Shown one piece after another: positions 48,601-60,873 of a stretch of DNA of 64,000 nt; position 1 is the first letter of the stretch; each line of letters opens with the position of its first letter. The notes beneath the pieces were generated by a model. The model saw only the letters and a list, made by a program, of their open reading frames with translations, was not told where the DNA came from and did no database searches. Source of the stretch: Azolla caroliniana (Eukaryota > Plantae > Polypodiophyta); NCBI GenBank assembly GCA_043228905.1, contig JBHGNT010000116.1, positions 14,315 to 78,314 on the forward strand, written 5' to 3'. Both the position numbers and the translations under genes were made by a program.

Positions 48601-50700
48601 AAAGGTGGAAGCCATCTCCGCAATGAAGCCCGACTGTAACTCGGTCACGGAGGTACGGAGGTTCTTGGGAGCATGCGCGTTCTACCACATATGGATCCCG
48701 CACTACGCCCACGTTGTTGAGCCGCTATTTGAGTGGCGAGACGAGCATACGGAGTCGGTCCGAAAGATGAAGGAGGCTCTTGTTGCAGCTCCGGCACTCC
48801 GAAAGGCTGTCTACGAGAAAGGTACTCCCATCTACATAACGGTAGATACAAGTCCGACCGGGATCGGATGGGTCGTCAACCAAGAAGATGAGGACGGCAT
48901 TCGGTTCCCAATCTGGTTCGGCGCGAAGGTCCTCAGCGAGCGACAGCGAGGATACGCCCAGGTTAAACGCGAACTCTGGGGTATCGTTTCGGCAGTGAAG
49001 GCCGATAAAGACTATCTGATCGGGACAGAGGTGATTATCGAGACGGACTGCCTGCCGATTCCCGACATGGTTTCCTGATGCGCAACCCCGGACCTGGCAA
49101 TGCTTAGGTGGATAGCGTACATCAAGTCCCTGGATTCGGAAATACGACACATTTCCGGGAAAGACAATGCCATGGCCGACATGCTTTCAAGGGCGTGATT
49201 CGACGACGAGGGCGGCATGGTTTCGGACGACGAGGAAGTCGGCGTAGACTTCTTCGATGCGGGTTACGTAACAACCGAGGGAGGGAGCACTCCGGCGCTT
49301 AACGATTTCGACGAGAGCAAGTACAACGGGGAGTGGCTGCAGATTGGGGGATTCTTGAGGACGATGACGTCGGACGCGTCATGGACAAAGAACGAGGCCA
49401 ACCGGATCCGGAAGAAAGCATACCGATTCTTTCTCCGGGGCGGATACTTATGGAAGCACCCGAAGAAGAGAAATGGCATCCCACTCCGAGTGGTGGCGAT
49501 GGAGGAGGAACAGAAGGAGTTGTTGAAGGCCTACCACGACAACCCCTGGGCTGGACACCGAGGGACGTGGGCCACGTTCGAGAAACTGAAGGGGAAGTAC
49601 TGGTGGCCGGGACTGTACCGGGACGTCATCGATTCGTGACAACTTGTGAGATCTGTCAGATGCACTCCATAGTCCGACATCGGGACGAGCTTCACCCTAC
49701 ATACCCTCCGGCCATCCACTTCAAATGGATGGTAGATTTGGTGACGATGCCGATGGGCGTAGGGCAGATGCGATATCTGGTGCTGGCCCGGGAGGACCTG
49801 ACGAACCAGGTGGAAGGCCGAGCCCTGCAGAACAAAACGACCGTGGCCGTGTGTCACTTCCTGATCGAGGACGTGATATGCCGGTACGGGTGCGTCGGGA
49901 AGATCGTGGCTGATCGCAGGGAGTTGGACGCCGAAGAGGCCGAGGAGTTGTTCGACCGGTTAGGGGTCAAGCTCTCGCTCACCACAGCGTACAATCCGGA
50001 GGCGAACGGGAAGGTGGAGCGCGGACACGGACCGATCGTCAAAGCGCTAGCCCGGGCATGCGGAGGCCAGGTCGGGAACTGGCCACGGCTGTTACCTTAT
50101 GCCTTGTGGGCGGACCGGACAACGCACAGTTCGGTAACCGGGTTCATGCCGTCAGAGCTCATGTTCGGACAGAAACCGATCATGCTGATGGAACGGACGA
50201 TCTCCTCTTGGGCAACAGTAGACTGGAGAGACGAGATGAGTCGGGAAGAACTGCTAGTCGCGCGTATACGGCAGCTCGAGCGGAGGCCAGAGGACGTGGA
50301 ACGAGCGGCGGAGAGACTTCAGACGGCGAGGATGAAGAACAAAGCCCGGTTCGACCGAACGCACCGGCTCCGACCAAAGAAAATCGAGGAAGGCGACTGG
50401 GTGCTAGTTTATGACAGCAGCCTCGACAACTAGCACCAGGCAACACGGAAGTTTGCAAAGCGGTGGTTCGGGCCTTACGTGGTAACGAGCGCCAACGACA
50501 ACAGGACGTATCACCTGGCGGAACTCGACGGTACGAGGATGGCGATACCGGTAGCAGGGAAGCGGATCAAAGCGTTCAAGAAGCGCCACGACGACGAACC
50601 GGATCTAAGAGGCCTGGACAACGACGACGAATAGTCCGAGACGGAGGACGAACCGATGGACGAGGAACCGGAACCCGGACCGGTTTTCTCCAACCAGAAC
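45618..50700 (+). pseudogene. Element H gag-PR-RT-RH-INT, degenerate
   Basis: ORFs 45984-46670, 46415-47458 (DHGS), 47612-49078 (FLDD), 49217-49639 and 49333-50433; deletions and stops. The Gag start is at 42761-42865. Confidence 0.9.
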
Positions 50701-51401
50701 ACAATTTTGGCGCATACCGGTGGATGCGCGGTTAGGTGGGGACGGATGTCGTGAAGAAAACCGTCCCTTAGAGCAATCGGTGCATATCACGCGTGAACCG
50801 GCTCTTCACGCGTGCGCGCCCCTTAATGTATATAATAGAGAATTAGGTACATAGGTGTATCTTGGGTAGTTAGATTCGGTAGGTGGGAAGTAAATGAGGG
50901 AGATGGCTCCCTTCTTGAAGCTATAAAAGAGAGGGAGACGCGGGGGAGAAGGGGATCACGCATTGAGGAGGACGAAGTGTTGTGGGACCGTAACCGAACG
51001 CTTCTCCTCTGTTTGTTCTCCATCGCTCTTCTCTGCAGGTTTTCGGGAGGCTCGCGCTGCTTCGAGGAACGCCCGTGTGCTTCCGGCAGCACCTCCATCC
51101 TTTTTCCCTTTCGTGCGCAGACAAACAGGCATCGGCATCTGTTCGCCGGCCTGTTCAGTTGTAACCGCTCGCGTGCTCTGTTGTGTATTTGTTATTCGTT
51201 AATATACAAACTTTCGTGTCTCTCTGTCTCTGTGTCCATTCGTGTTTTTTGCGTTGACGGGCCGTGTCCCTGTGTTCTTTGCTCATACGTAACCGGTCGT
51301 CTCTCTCTTTCTCTTTCCCCTCCTATCACCTGCTCTTCGGTTCAAGACCCCGGCGGTCCCGCCTCGTTTCTCCACGCAAGTGCGTAGTAACGCAACACCG
51401 T

Positions 51402-51711
51402 ACTTCTCTAGGAGCTGCAGCTCGAACTCCTCCTAAGTCTGGCATCCGGCCAGCACCTCGAGCACCTCCGCATGGATGCCTGGCGTCACCACCCGAGGGA
51501 ATCTAGACAGCCGCATGTCCACCAGGATATCCCTCATGATCATTTCGGCCCGATAAGCCTCCAAATAACTTGTGGCATCCTTCCCTCCGAAACGGCCTAT
51601 AGAGCCGACGATCGATTCAATGGCTCTGTCGAGGGTACCCGTTCCCTCACGAGCGCTCACTAGCCGGTCGACGGCCACGGCCATTGCCTCTGCTAGCTCC
51701 GATCCCCTCAT
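51402..51711 (-). pseudogene. Element F gag N-terminus
   Basis: MRGSELAEAMAVAVDRLVSAREGTGTLDRA..., directly downstream of the PBS. Confidence 0.85.
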
Positions 51712-52160
51712 CTTTCAACTCCTTTGCCGCCCTTTCACGTCGAGTTCACCAAAGATGTCGCGTCGTTACGCGCGTACGTGTAAAAAGGGGCGGGACCACG
51801 GGGGTCTTGGACCGAGGAGCGAGAGAGAGAGACACAGAGAGAGATTCACTGACACGTAGAAGCGAGAAAAAGAGAAACAAAACGTAACACTTAATTATAA
51901 TGACAGAGATTACAAACTCTGACAGTTACAACCGACAAAGCGGCGACGGGCCCGACACGGGGACCCTACTCACGCACACCGATGACAGTCACCGACTCAA
52001 AGAAACAAAAGGGGAAGGGGGCGACTCTGCTGGAAGCACACGGGTTGTCCACGAAGCAGAGGCAGCGACCTCCCGACACCCGCAGAGAGCGACGATTCGA
52101 GTCGAAGAGAGAGAGCTCCGCCTTCCGTTCTGCAGCAACGCTCCTCCCCTCCTCGCGCGC

Positions 52161-52288
52161 TGTCGCGTTTTTACGCGCGTGCGTGGAGAAAGGCGGGACC
52201 ACGGGGGTCTTGGACTAGGGAGCGACGGAGCGTAGGAAGTTGCACTTCACCGTTTCCGGGGCATCCCAGGAGCACACCGGAAGCAACC

Positions 52289-52324
<36 letters not shown>

Positions 52325-52622
52325 TTAACACGGACTCGCGCTCACACACGCACACACACACAGCTCACGCCCTCATGTACAGGAAACGCAAGAAAGGGGA
52401 AGCACCCGACACCAACAAAGACGCCAATATACATAGACAGACGCAAACGTATATGTATATATATATAAGAAGAATACATTCCCGGCTTCGAGCCGGACTG
52501 AGGTAGGTTACAGTAATCGTTTGCTGCCAAGCCGCCGTCGGGGAGCTCACGGGCTCGTCGTGCCGAGCGGGGTCTTGCGCAGGAGATGAGCTAAAGCAAA
52601 CCCTAAACGAACACGAAGGGGG

Positions 52623-52654
<32 letters not shown>

Positions 52655-52933
52655 CCTAACTCTAAACCTAACGGTATACCCTCTAATGCAAAATGGGCAA
52701 CCCTTTCACAAAGGGCGTTCCCTCCCTTTTATAGAACAAGGAGAGGGATGCGTTACAATGTGGGACAAATCCCGCCTTACATGGGATCGTCTGCCCTGAC
52801 TTGACTACTCTTCGGTGCCATAAAGGCGCCCTCAATATTCACACTAAATGTACATGGGTGCGTACACACGCTGCACCCCGCCGATGCAGCCAATGTTCCC
52901 GGTTTCCGCCTCTCGCCGAAATTCTTCACGACA
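52161..52933 (-). mobile_element. Solo LTR K (B-type, 773 bp) inside the F 5' LTR
   Basis: TGTCG...CGACA; TSD GCGC (52157-52160 and 52934-52937); the F 3' LTR is uninterrupted at this site. Confidence 0.92.
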
Positions 52934-53149
52934 GCGCGATATTCCGTTTTCTCTTGTCCTCTTCCCTTTTATTCCCTGTCCCCCCCTGACCGGGATATGC
53001 ACAATCCCCTCTAATAAATGCATGCGGCTTAGTAGTTACATCCACCGGTTCGCGTGCAAAGTATCCAGTCACGCGTTCATCCGTGTAAGGGCTGGTTTAC
53101 GCGCTTTCTCTCCAATTCCGCCTATGGCCGGTTTTCTTCAAGACACCGT

Positions 53150-55345
53150 CTTAGGACTTAACGACATCAACTGATTTAGAAATATCTCTTTCCAAGATTT
53201 TGATCCTGGAAGCAATCCTCTAATCACAAACTTAGTCAAAAGGGCTCTTGACTGCATTAAAGGGTCTATGAAACCCAAACCTCCATTGCTTTTAGGTTGT
53301 ATTAACACATTCCTAGCAACTTTGGCTACTGTTAGAGATCCTTGTTTCCCCCCCCCCAAAGGAAATTCCGGATCAAACTTTGCACTTTCGTTATTGCAGA
53401 TCTAGAAAATAGCCAAACGGATTCTATAAACCACATTGAAGCCAACAATACATAGTTGGCTACAACAACCCGACCTGCAAAGGACAATTGTTGGGCATCC
53501 CAATGTATTATTTTACGTTTTATTGATAATAGTAGTGGCAATAACATTGCTTCTAGCCGCAAATCTATGCCAACCATACATCCCAAATAACGAACTGGTT
53601 CACCATAATGAAGCCATCGGAAAGGACCTGGATACCATGCAGGGTGAGTTTCTTCACCTACCCAAATTCCAACTGACTTGTTCCAATTAAGTGATGCACC
53701 TATAGCATCTAAAAAAACTTGCAAAGCATCTTGTACCCGACCAACATTTCCAATCTCCTCATCAACATAAAGGGTCATGTCATCTGCAAATTCAGCATCC
53801 AATACACTAGGTTGTGTAAAAGGTAATGTTATGCCTCTTATACCTGTCGAAGACGATCTTAGGTAGGAGGACAGGGCTTCCCCAAACAAGATGAAAAGAA
53901 ATGGGGCAAGAGGGCATCCTTGTCGAACTGACCTGAAGATAGGAATTAATGGCCCATATCCTCCAGCAAACAAGATAGAACTAGAAGCATGCCAATATAG
54001 GGCAGAGACACCTTTTATCCATGCAGCAAGAAAGCCTAATCTTGACAGCACTGCCTCAAGAAAGTCCCAATCCACTTTATCATAAGCCTTCTCAAAGTCA
54101 AGCAAAAATACTGCAAGCTGTTGTTTATTTTGTTGAGCTAAGTAACCATTTCCCTAAACAAAAAGATGTTATAAAAAATGCTTCTATCTTGCAAAAAGCC
54201 AGATTGAGTGTCATGAATAATAGACGGCAACATTGATCTTAGTTTGAGAGCAATGGTTTTTGCCACAATCTTGTACACATCATTAAGCAATGTTATTGGC
54301 CTCCACTTGGCGACTTCATCACATTGGGCATTCGACTTAGGGATCATATATATGATTCCTTCCGTCCATTCCGCAGGCATACTACCACTTGAAAATATTA
54401 AATTAACCGCTCTAGTAAGTAGGGGACCCAAAAAATCCCAATGATGCAAATAGAAACCAACTCCTATTCCATCTTTTCCTGGACAAACAATCTTTCCTAA
54501 GGATTTAGCTGTAGAAAAGACCTCTTGCGGTGTGAATGGTTGCAATAAATGAGATGCCATTACATCTATAACCTTTTGTTGAACAATTGCAAGAACAACT
54601 TGTCTCTTGTAAAGACTATCTACTGAAAAAGACTCTGCATGCAACAACTGATGGTAGTAATCCGAGACTATATCTCGCATCTAAGATTCATCTTATGTGT
54701 AGGATCCATCAAGCCGCTTCAAAGAGGTAACAGAAAGAGGTTTATTTTTCCGTGTAAACTGATTAAAAAATAAATTGTTGACCCGATCCTACCTTTGTGA
54801 CCAACGAGCAACATTACGGTAGTAGAAGAACATTGAGCATTCCTCCTGTTTATCTTTTTAAACGTTTTTCACTTGTTGCAAGTCACAACGTAACATAGAT
54901 GAAGTTGGATACCTTTCCAACAGTTGTTGTACTGCTGCAAGAGCACGGCGTAGGTTGGCAATCTCTGAGTTACAACGATTAACTGATGTTGCAATTATTT
55001 TTGTGAATAGAGTCTTTGTATCGAGTATGGCATGAACCAAATTGTTAAGCAAACAATCGTCTCAAAAGTTGTAACTGGACCATATCTGAGTGATTGACAT
55101 CCTTGTGATTATCATTAGATTGCAATGAAGGAGGGATACACAATTGCTTGGAGTATCGCCTCTTGGTAAATGTAACATGTAGCTTCAGAGGATCATGGCC
55201 ATAGATAACTGAGCCCGGAATAATTCCTAGGGACCCACTGGCCTCCCAAAATACACTACTAGCATAAAATCTATCTAGTTGAGACAAATTTGTAACAGCC
55301 ACACTCCCATCTAATCGAGAGAATTGAAGGGATCCTTGTATGCGT
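53150..55345 (-). pseudogene. LINE ORF2 reverse transcriptase region
   Basis: PGKDG, WRPITLLNDVYKIVAK, QSGF, LDFEKAYDKVDW, VRQGCPLAP, FADD and RYLG motifs in ORFs 54138-54680 and 53332-54105. Confidence 0.93.
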
Positions 55346-56140
55346 TGTCGTGAAGAATTTCGTCCAGAGGCGGAAACCGGGAAACATTGGCTACATCGGT
55401 GGGGTGCAGCATGTGTGCTCACCCTTGTACATTTAGTGTGAATAATGAGGGCGCCTTTATGGCGCCGAAGAGTAGTCAAGTCGGGACAGACGATCCCATG
55501 TAAGTCGGGATTTATCCCACATTGTAACGCATCCCTCTCCTTGTTCTATAAAAGGAAGGGAGCGCCCTTTGTGAAGGGGTTGCCCATTTTGCGTTAGAGG
55601 GTATACCGTTAGATTTAGGGTTAGTTCTTCTTCTTCTTCTTCTTCTTCTTCTTCTTCTTCTTCTCCCCCCTTCGTGTTCGCTTAGGGTTGGCTTCAGCTC
55701 GTCTCCTGCGCAAGACCCCGCTCGGCGCGACAAGCCCGTGAGCTCCCGACCTACGGCTTGGCAATCGACGACTACTGTAACCTACCTTGCCTCGGCTCGA
55801 AGCCGGGAATGTATTCTTCCTTTTATATATATACATTTGCATATGTTTGTGTATATTCGCGTCTCTGTTGGTGTCGGGTGCTTCCCCTTTCCTGCGTTTC
55901 CTGTACATAAGGGCGTGAGTCGGGTCGGCCTGTGTGTGTGTGTGTGTGTGTGTGCGTGTGTGTGCGTGAGTCGGTGTCAAGCGCGCGCTCCCTCTCTTTC
56001 TCTCTCTCCCTTCGGTTGCTTCCGGTGTGCCTCTGGGATGCCCCGGAAACGGTGAAGTACGGCTTCCTACGCTCCGTCACTCCCTAGTCCAAGACCCCTG
56101 TGGTCCCGCCTTCTCCACGCACATGCGTAACAACACGACA
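55346..56140 (+). mobile_element. Solo LTR J (B-type, 795 bp) inside the LINE endonuclease region
   Basis: TGTCG...CGACA; TSD GCGT (55342-55345 and 56141-56144). Confidence 0.92.
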
Positions 56141-56144
56141 GCGT

Positions 56145-56726
56145 GAAAACGAATGCACCTTCCATAAATCAAGCAACCCAAAGGCAAAACAAAAATAATC
56201 CCAACATTTGGCCTCCCGTCCTGAAATAGTAGTACCTACACCTCCCAATCTATCAGTGGCATCCTCAATCATATTGAAGTCATGTCCCACTAACCAACAA
56301 TCCGCATAATCAGAAAGAGATAATCATAAATCTACCCTTTCTGACGCAGAACTAGAGGCATAAATATTCATAAGGCCAACCTTCTGGGATCCTCTTTTTA
56401 AAATAAGGAATTGTGCACGTTTATTCATAGTAGTAGTTGTTGACACGATGTTAGACTCCAATTGTTGTCTAATAGCAATGCATAATCCAGCTTGACAGGC
56501 CATTAGGGCCATATGAAGGAACCCAGAAATGAGTCCACCGTCCTGGTAAAATGGAACCATATTTCCAAATCCTATACATGCACAATTGGTGCTCTTGTAG
56601 AAACAAAATATCAATAATACCAACAGTAGAACTGCCTAAATCTGATCGTAAGAGTCCATTAACTCTGCGAAAGGCTTGTCCACCCAGGCCTTGTACATTC
56701 TAGGAAAGAAAATGGAGGGTGACCAT
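56145..56726 (-). pseudogene. LINE ORF2 AP-endonuclease domain
   Basis: MVTLHFLS*NVQGLG (WNV.GL motif with TGG>TAG), NIYAS, and WLLVGHDFNMI (GDFN-like). Confidence 0.8.
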
Positions 56727-56729
56727 ATT

Positions 56730-58437
56730 ACTTAGGTTTTAGTGTTGTCCTTTTCTCAAGCAAAGCCTCCTGACGGCCTTTCTGAGCACCCTCCTGAGCT
56801 CTTGCTTGTCTTTTTTAAATCAAGTAATTCCATGCATACTTATGCACCCTATGTTCCTTAACCTGCTTTTGAGTGGACCAGAAACAAGTTGTCCTGAGAG
56901 ATTATTGACAATATTTGAATTACCAGAGACTTGGAGTTGTTGGTTCGCTCCCCTTCTCGTGACACTTTGAGGCATTTCCACACTCAGCATATGTTGAGTG
57001 TAAACAACCTTTTGCTTTGATTTTTCAGAAGAAACCAAATTAACAAATGTAGGCAATGACAATTGTTGATTCTCCACAATTTTCAAGGGTGGTTGACCTA
57101 CTACTAACCTCGGAAAGGATTTAGGCAACTGGATGGAATGTAGATTTGTTTTTTCTGAGGAAGAAACTAGGTCAAGCCTCTGTTGAGGAAGGTGGGATGA
57201 TGAGTGGTCTAAAACATTCACCTCATTTGGACGGTCTTGTTCTACATACAAATTAGAATACCTATTTTGTAACAGAGGAAATTCCTTTAGACTGCTACTA
57301 GCCACATGGTGAGGTTTATCATGATATACTTGTGAAGGTGTCTTCCTATGCCCCACCTCAATCCAACCATCAGATCTATCCTGAGATGACATTATATTTG
57401 TGATAGGGACATGCTTATCAGTATCTTTAAATAATTTTTGGGCAATTCTTTGCCAAATGTCCAAATCCAAAACATCGAAAACATTGATTTGGTAAGCCCT
57501 TATACAAGATTTTCTGAGAAAAAGATTCTTGGCTTGGGTCAAGTAAATTGGGCAACAATATAGTTGAGGGTAGAATTGCGGTTTTAGAAATCAAAATTTT
57601 TGCAGACGCAGCTCCAATTGACTTTTCTTCAACCTGACGAGGCTTATCATAGGTTTCCAAATCCGTACCAATATTACTAGCAATTAGATGCACGAAAGGC
57701 ATCCATTCTTTACGCAAATTGGGAAATACCACCATACATGTATGATATAACTCTAACTCATGAAATACCTGATTTGCGAAGAAGTTGTGAATCCATTTAT
57801 GGAAGGAGAACCATTCTCCCTTGATTGCTATAGCTTCCTTCTCCAACAAGATCGTCACCATTCATTCCTGCTCAAATTCTATCTAATAACAATTCCGTCC
57901 AAGCATCTGTATATCTGTGATCATTGTTATCAATCTTTTGTTTCAATGTCGTTTGCAACAATAAACGAAGGTTGGTGCGTCGAGGACGAATGCCCAAAAT
58001 ATGTGCAATGACATTCCTCTTCTCTATACGTTGTATCTCTCTTACTACCTGTGCTTGATCCTGTTCTGACAATAGGAGCTTTACCGTGTTGTTCGAAATA
58101 GGCAAGATGTCCGGATTTGCTACACTAGAGCCCCGATTAGACTGTTCGCAACTCGCAATACATGCTCCTGATTCGCAGGTGTATCGATGAAGACCGTCGG
58201 CTTTTCTTTAATTATTATGGCAAACACAACAGACCCTAAACCTGTCGTGACAAGATTTAAATACGCATCAACAATAGCAGGCTGAGCGGCGGCAACAGGT
58301 TGGATGGCGGTGGGCTGTGTGGCGGCACTCTGGGCTGAGATGAGCTGAGCGGCGGCAGATGTAGTGTTGTTTTGCTGAGCAACAGCAGGTATGGTTGATG
58401 TAGGCTAAGTATTGGCAGGCACTATATCGTTCTTCAT
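56730..58437 (-). pseudogene. LINE ORF1
   Basis: Fragments with Y.GLPNQCFRCFGFGHLAKNCP zinc knuckle and an Ala/Gln-rich N-terminus; stops and frameshifts. Confidence 0.75.
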
Positions 58438-58558
58438 CGGCTCTATCCAGATTATTTCTCTTGATTCACTCAATATTATCAATTCCTTTATCTATTGATT
58501 ATGTGCGATGTACAAAACCGTTCTAGCGAGATACACAACAATGTATCAATCTCATATT

Positions 58559-58640
58559 TGGGTCGAGCTCGATTCAAACCAATGTAAGTGTCTCTAGAGG
58601 ATTTATAGTTCGTCTCCATTAACCACTAGAGCATTGACCC
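58559..58640 (-). pseudogene. trnY: Degenerate plastid-type tRNA-Tyr (NUPT relic)
   Basis: Minus strand GGGTCAATGCTCTAGTGGTTAATGGAGACGAACTATAAATCC...GGTTTGAATCGAGCTCGACCCA (82 nt) is colinear with recalled chloroplast trnY-GUA; anticodon GTA>ATA; mostly transitions. Confidence 0.75.
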
Positions 58641-59035
58641 ACTAGCCGGTGATGAAGTGCACTAGTTTATAGCTATAGGTGCCTGCTTACATTAAGTAGT
58701 CAGTTTGAAAGGATATGTACGTAGTCTCATATTCTTGAACTCAATCGGAAGGTGATTCCCCGAAAAGCTACCTTGTATGGTCTTTTTGTAATAATCTCTC
58801 CTAACTAATGGGAATGTAGCGTCTTTTTGGGAAAAAGATACAAAACCAAAACGACATAAAATGTTTTCATTTCAATATGTGTGTTTTAAATTTTAGTGTA
58901 TGGTTATTTATCCTTTGCATGACCTCGTGATTGGGCACATATAGTTACGTGTATTTGTGTTACACATGCCCAAGCTTGTGAGCCCGTGTTGTTTGCATAT
59001 GTAAGTGGCAATAATATAACAAACACATAGAATAA

Positions 59036-60245
59036 GGAATGGGCTATTTGCCCCCCCCCCCCAACCCCCCCTAAAAAAATAACTTTTTGGCCCTTCTATT
59101 TTGGCTATTTTGGCTAAACCACCCCCCCCCCCCCCCTCCCCTCCCCCCCACAAAGAAAAAAATCTATGATAGTTCTTCCCCCATGTTGGCCCCCCCAAAC
59201 CCATTTTCGTTCCCCTCCCCCAACAGAAAAACATTCTCTGATATAGCTTGGCTCCTCCCCCTCCTCACCCAAAAAGAAACATTTTGATAGCTCTCTCTCC
59301 CTCACCGAAAAAAAAACATTTTGATAGCTCTCTGATAGCTCTCCTCTTTCTTCTCACAATGAATATTGCTAAACAAAACTGAAATATAAGTGACAAAAGA
59401 TGGTGAATGATGAACATGTTATCAAATGATACAAAAGACAATGAATTTGCATTGGCATACTATTAACATCACATTATTGTAAGGGGAAAATTAGAATATG
59501 GTTTACAATAAGAGATTCATGCAAAACACAAGCCATCATGTTTGAGATATTACAGATTCCTAGAAATTCATTTAACCAATGGAGACCTTAAGATGGCCAC
59601 AAAATGAGATATTCAAGATCGATCAAAACATCATGTAACCAATTGAGGTTCTATGGGGCTGAGAGGCCCTCTTTTCCCTGATTTCTAAAACATGCTTCAC
59701 ATCAAAACTTAACCACTGGTTTAAGATCTATCTATCATCTTCTCTAAGACATCTCTAAGACTCTCCTTTGATCTTGAGAACTCACTTCTGTGAAAGAAGA
59801 GAATCTCTCTGGTGGATGCATATATATATATATATATATATATACATAAACGCTCACTTGCTCACTCACACACATCTTCATCTCCATCTTCAATGTGTTC
59901 TTCTTCTTCCTCTTCCCTCATCTGTTGCCTGTAGTTTTGGTGGATCCATGGCAAAAACCCATATAGTGATCAATAAGACCAATAATCATAAGAATCACGA
60001 TGAGGAATTCCTTCCTTCCCCATCCTCGTCATCCAATTCCGCGTTCGACCCCGAGCTCCAGCGCCCACACCTCCTCCTCCTCCAGTGGCGGCACCCAGCA
60101 GCCACCACCGACCCTCCCCATCGCCTAAGACATCATGTAAAAGAAAAAGGAATCCACAGTATTGATTGGAAACTTGAGGAAGAAGAAGAAGAAGAAGAAG
60201 AAGAAGAAGAAAGAGAAAGAAGGAAGTGTAACTACACCTTTTTTT

Positions 60246-60279
<34 letters not shown>

Positions 60280-60341
60280 GCAAAATAGGGGGGCCAAAAA
60301 GTTTTTCTCTTTTTTTAGGGGGGGGGCGAATAGCCCATTCC
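59036..60341. mobile_element. Non-autonomous MULE-like DNA transposon
   Basis: Imperfect TIRs over 100 bp (GGAATGGGCTATT(T/C)GCCCC... and ...GGGGCGAATAGCCCATTCC); TSD TAGAATAA (59028-59035 and 60342-60349). The superfamily is inferred from TIR length and GG..CC ends. Confidence 0.8.
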
Positions 60342-60873
60342 TAGAATAATAGTGCTTCAGTATTTAACAATGTCCCAAGAAATAAACAATTAAAACCCTC
60401 ACGAAAATGAGTTGAAAGTTCGTAAAGGGATTGGATTGAAATTTGAATATTAGTAGTGTGGATGTTATAAAGATCAAGAGTTGGATCACAAGTATAGTTG
60501 ATGCATATATGTATTCTCAAAGCTCATTTCAATTGTTAAAACATCAAAGCTAGTCGATGAACTTGAAATTTAAGGTTTTCAAAGATATTATGTCATTTCA
60601 ATACGTTGGACATATAATATAGTGTACATGCAATAAATGGATCATAATGTAAAACCATTATTTACAACTTTGGTTCTCAAGCACAAAATAATTGATTTTA
60701 CTCTTCAGACAATCTAGTTTGTGCTTAAATAAATGGAGTTATTTTACAACTTATGGTTTTCAAAAACAAAGAAATTTGGTATACACTTACACTAGTTTTG
60801 TATTGATAAAATAAATAAATAAATCTAGCCTGCACTAATAAGATCGTAAAGAAAAACATTGGGTAGCGATAGG

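Larger units (their letters stand above)
42093..51397 (+). mobile_element. Element H: autonomous-type Gypsy element inserted antisense into F gag
   Basis: 651-bp LTRs at 42093-42743 and 50747-51397; TSD CTGT/CCGT; PBS at 42748-42765; PPT before 50747. Confidence 0.93.
34336..53145 (-). mobile_element. Element F: internally deleted autonomous-type Gypsy element inserted in the LINE
   Basis: 3' LTR 34336-34950; 5' LTR 51756-53145 split by solo LTR K; TSD CCGT (34332-34335 and 53146-53149); PR and most of RT are missing. Confidence 0.92.
32593..58443 (-). mobile_element. L1-type LINE (~6.2 kb after removing insertions)
   Basis: 19-bp TSD TATCCAGATTATTTCTCTT at 32574-32592 and 58444-58462; A-rich 3' tail on the minus strand; ORF1 with zinc knuckle, APE and RT remnants in order. 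Confidence 0.9.

Noticed and set aside
59768-60280. 170-aa ORF as a real gene
   Set aside because: It runs through (TA)n, (GAA)n and poly-G tracts of a transposon; at most the central part is a captured exon.
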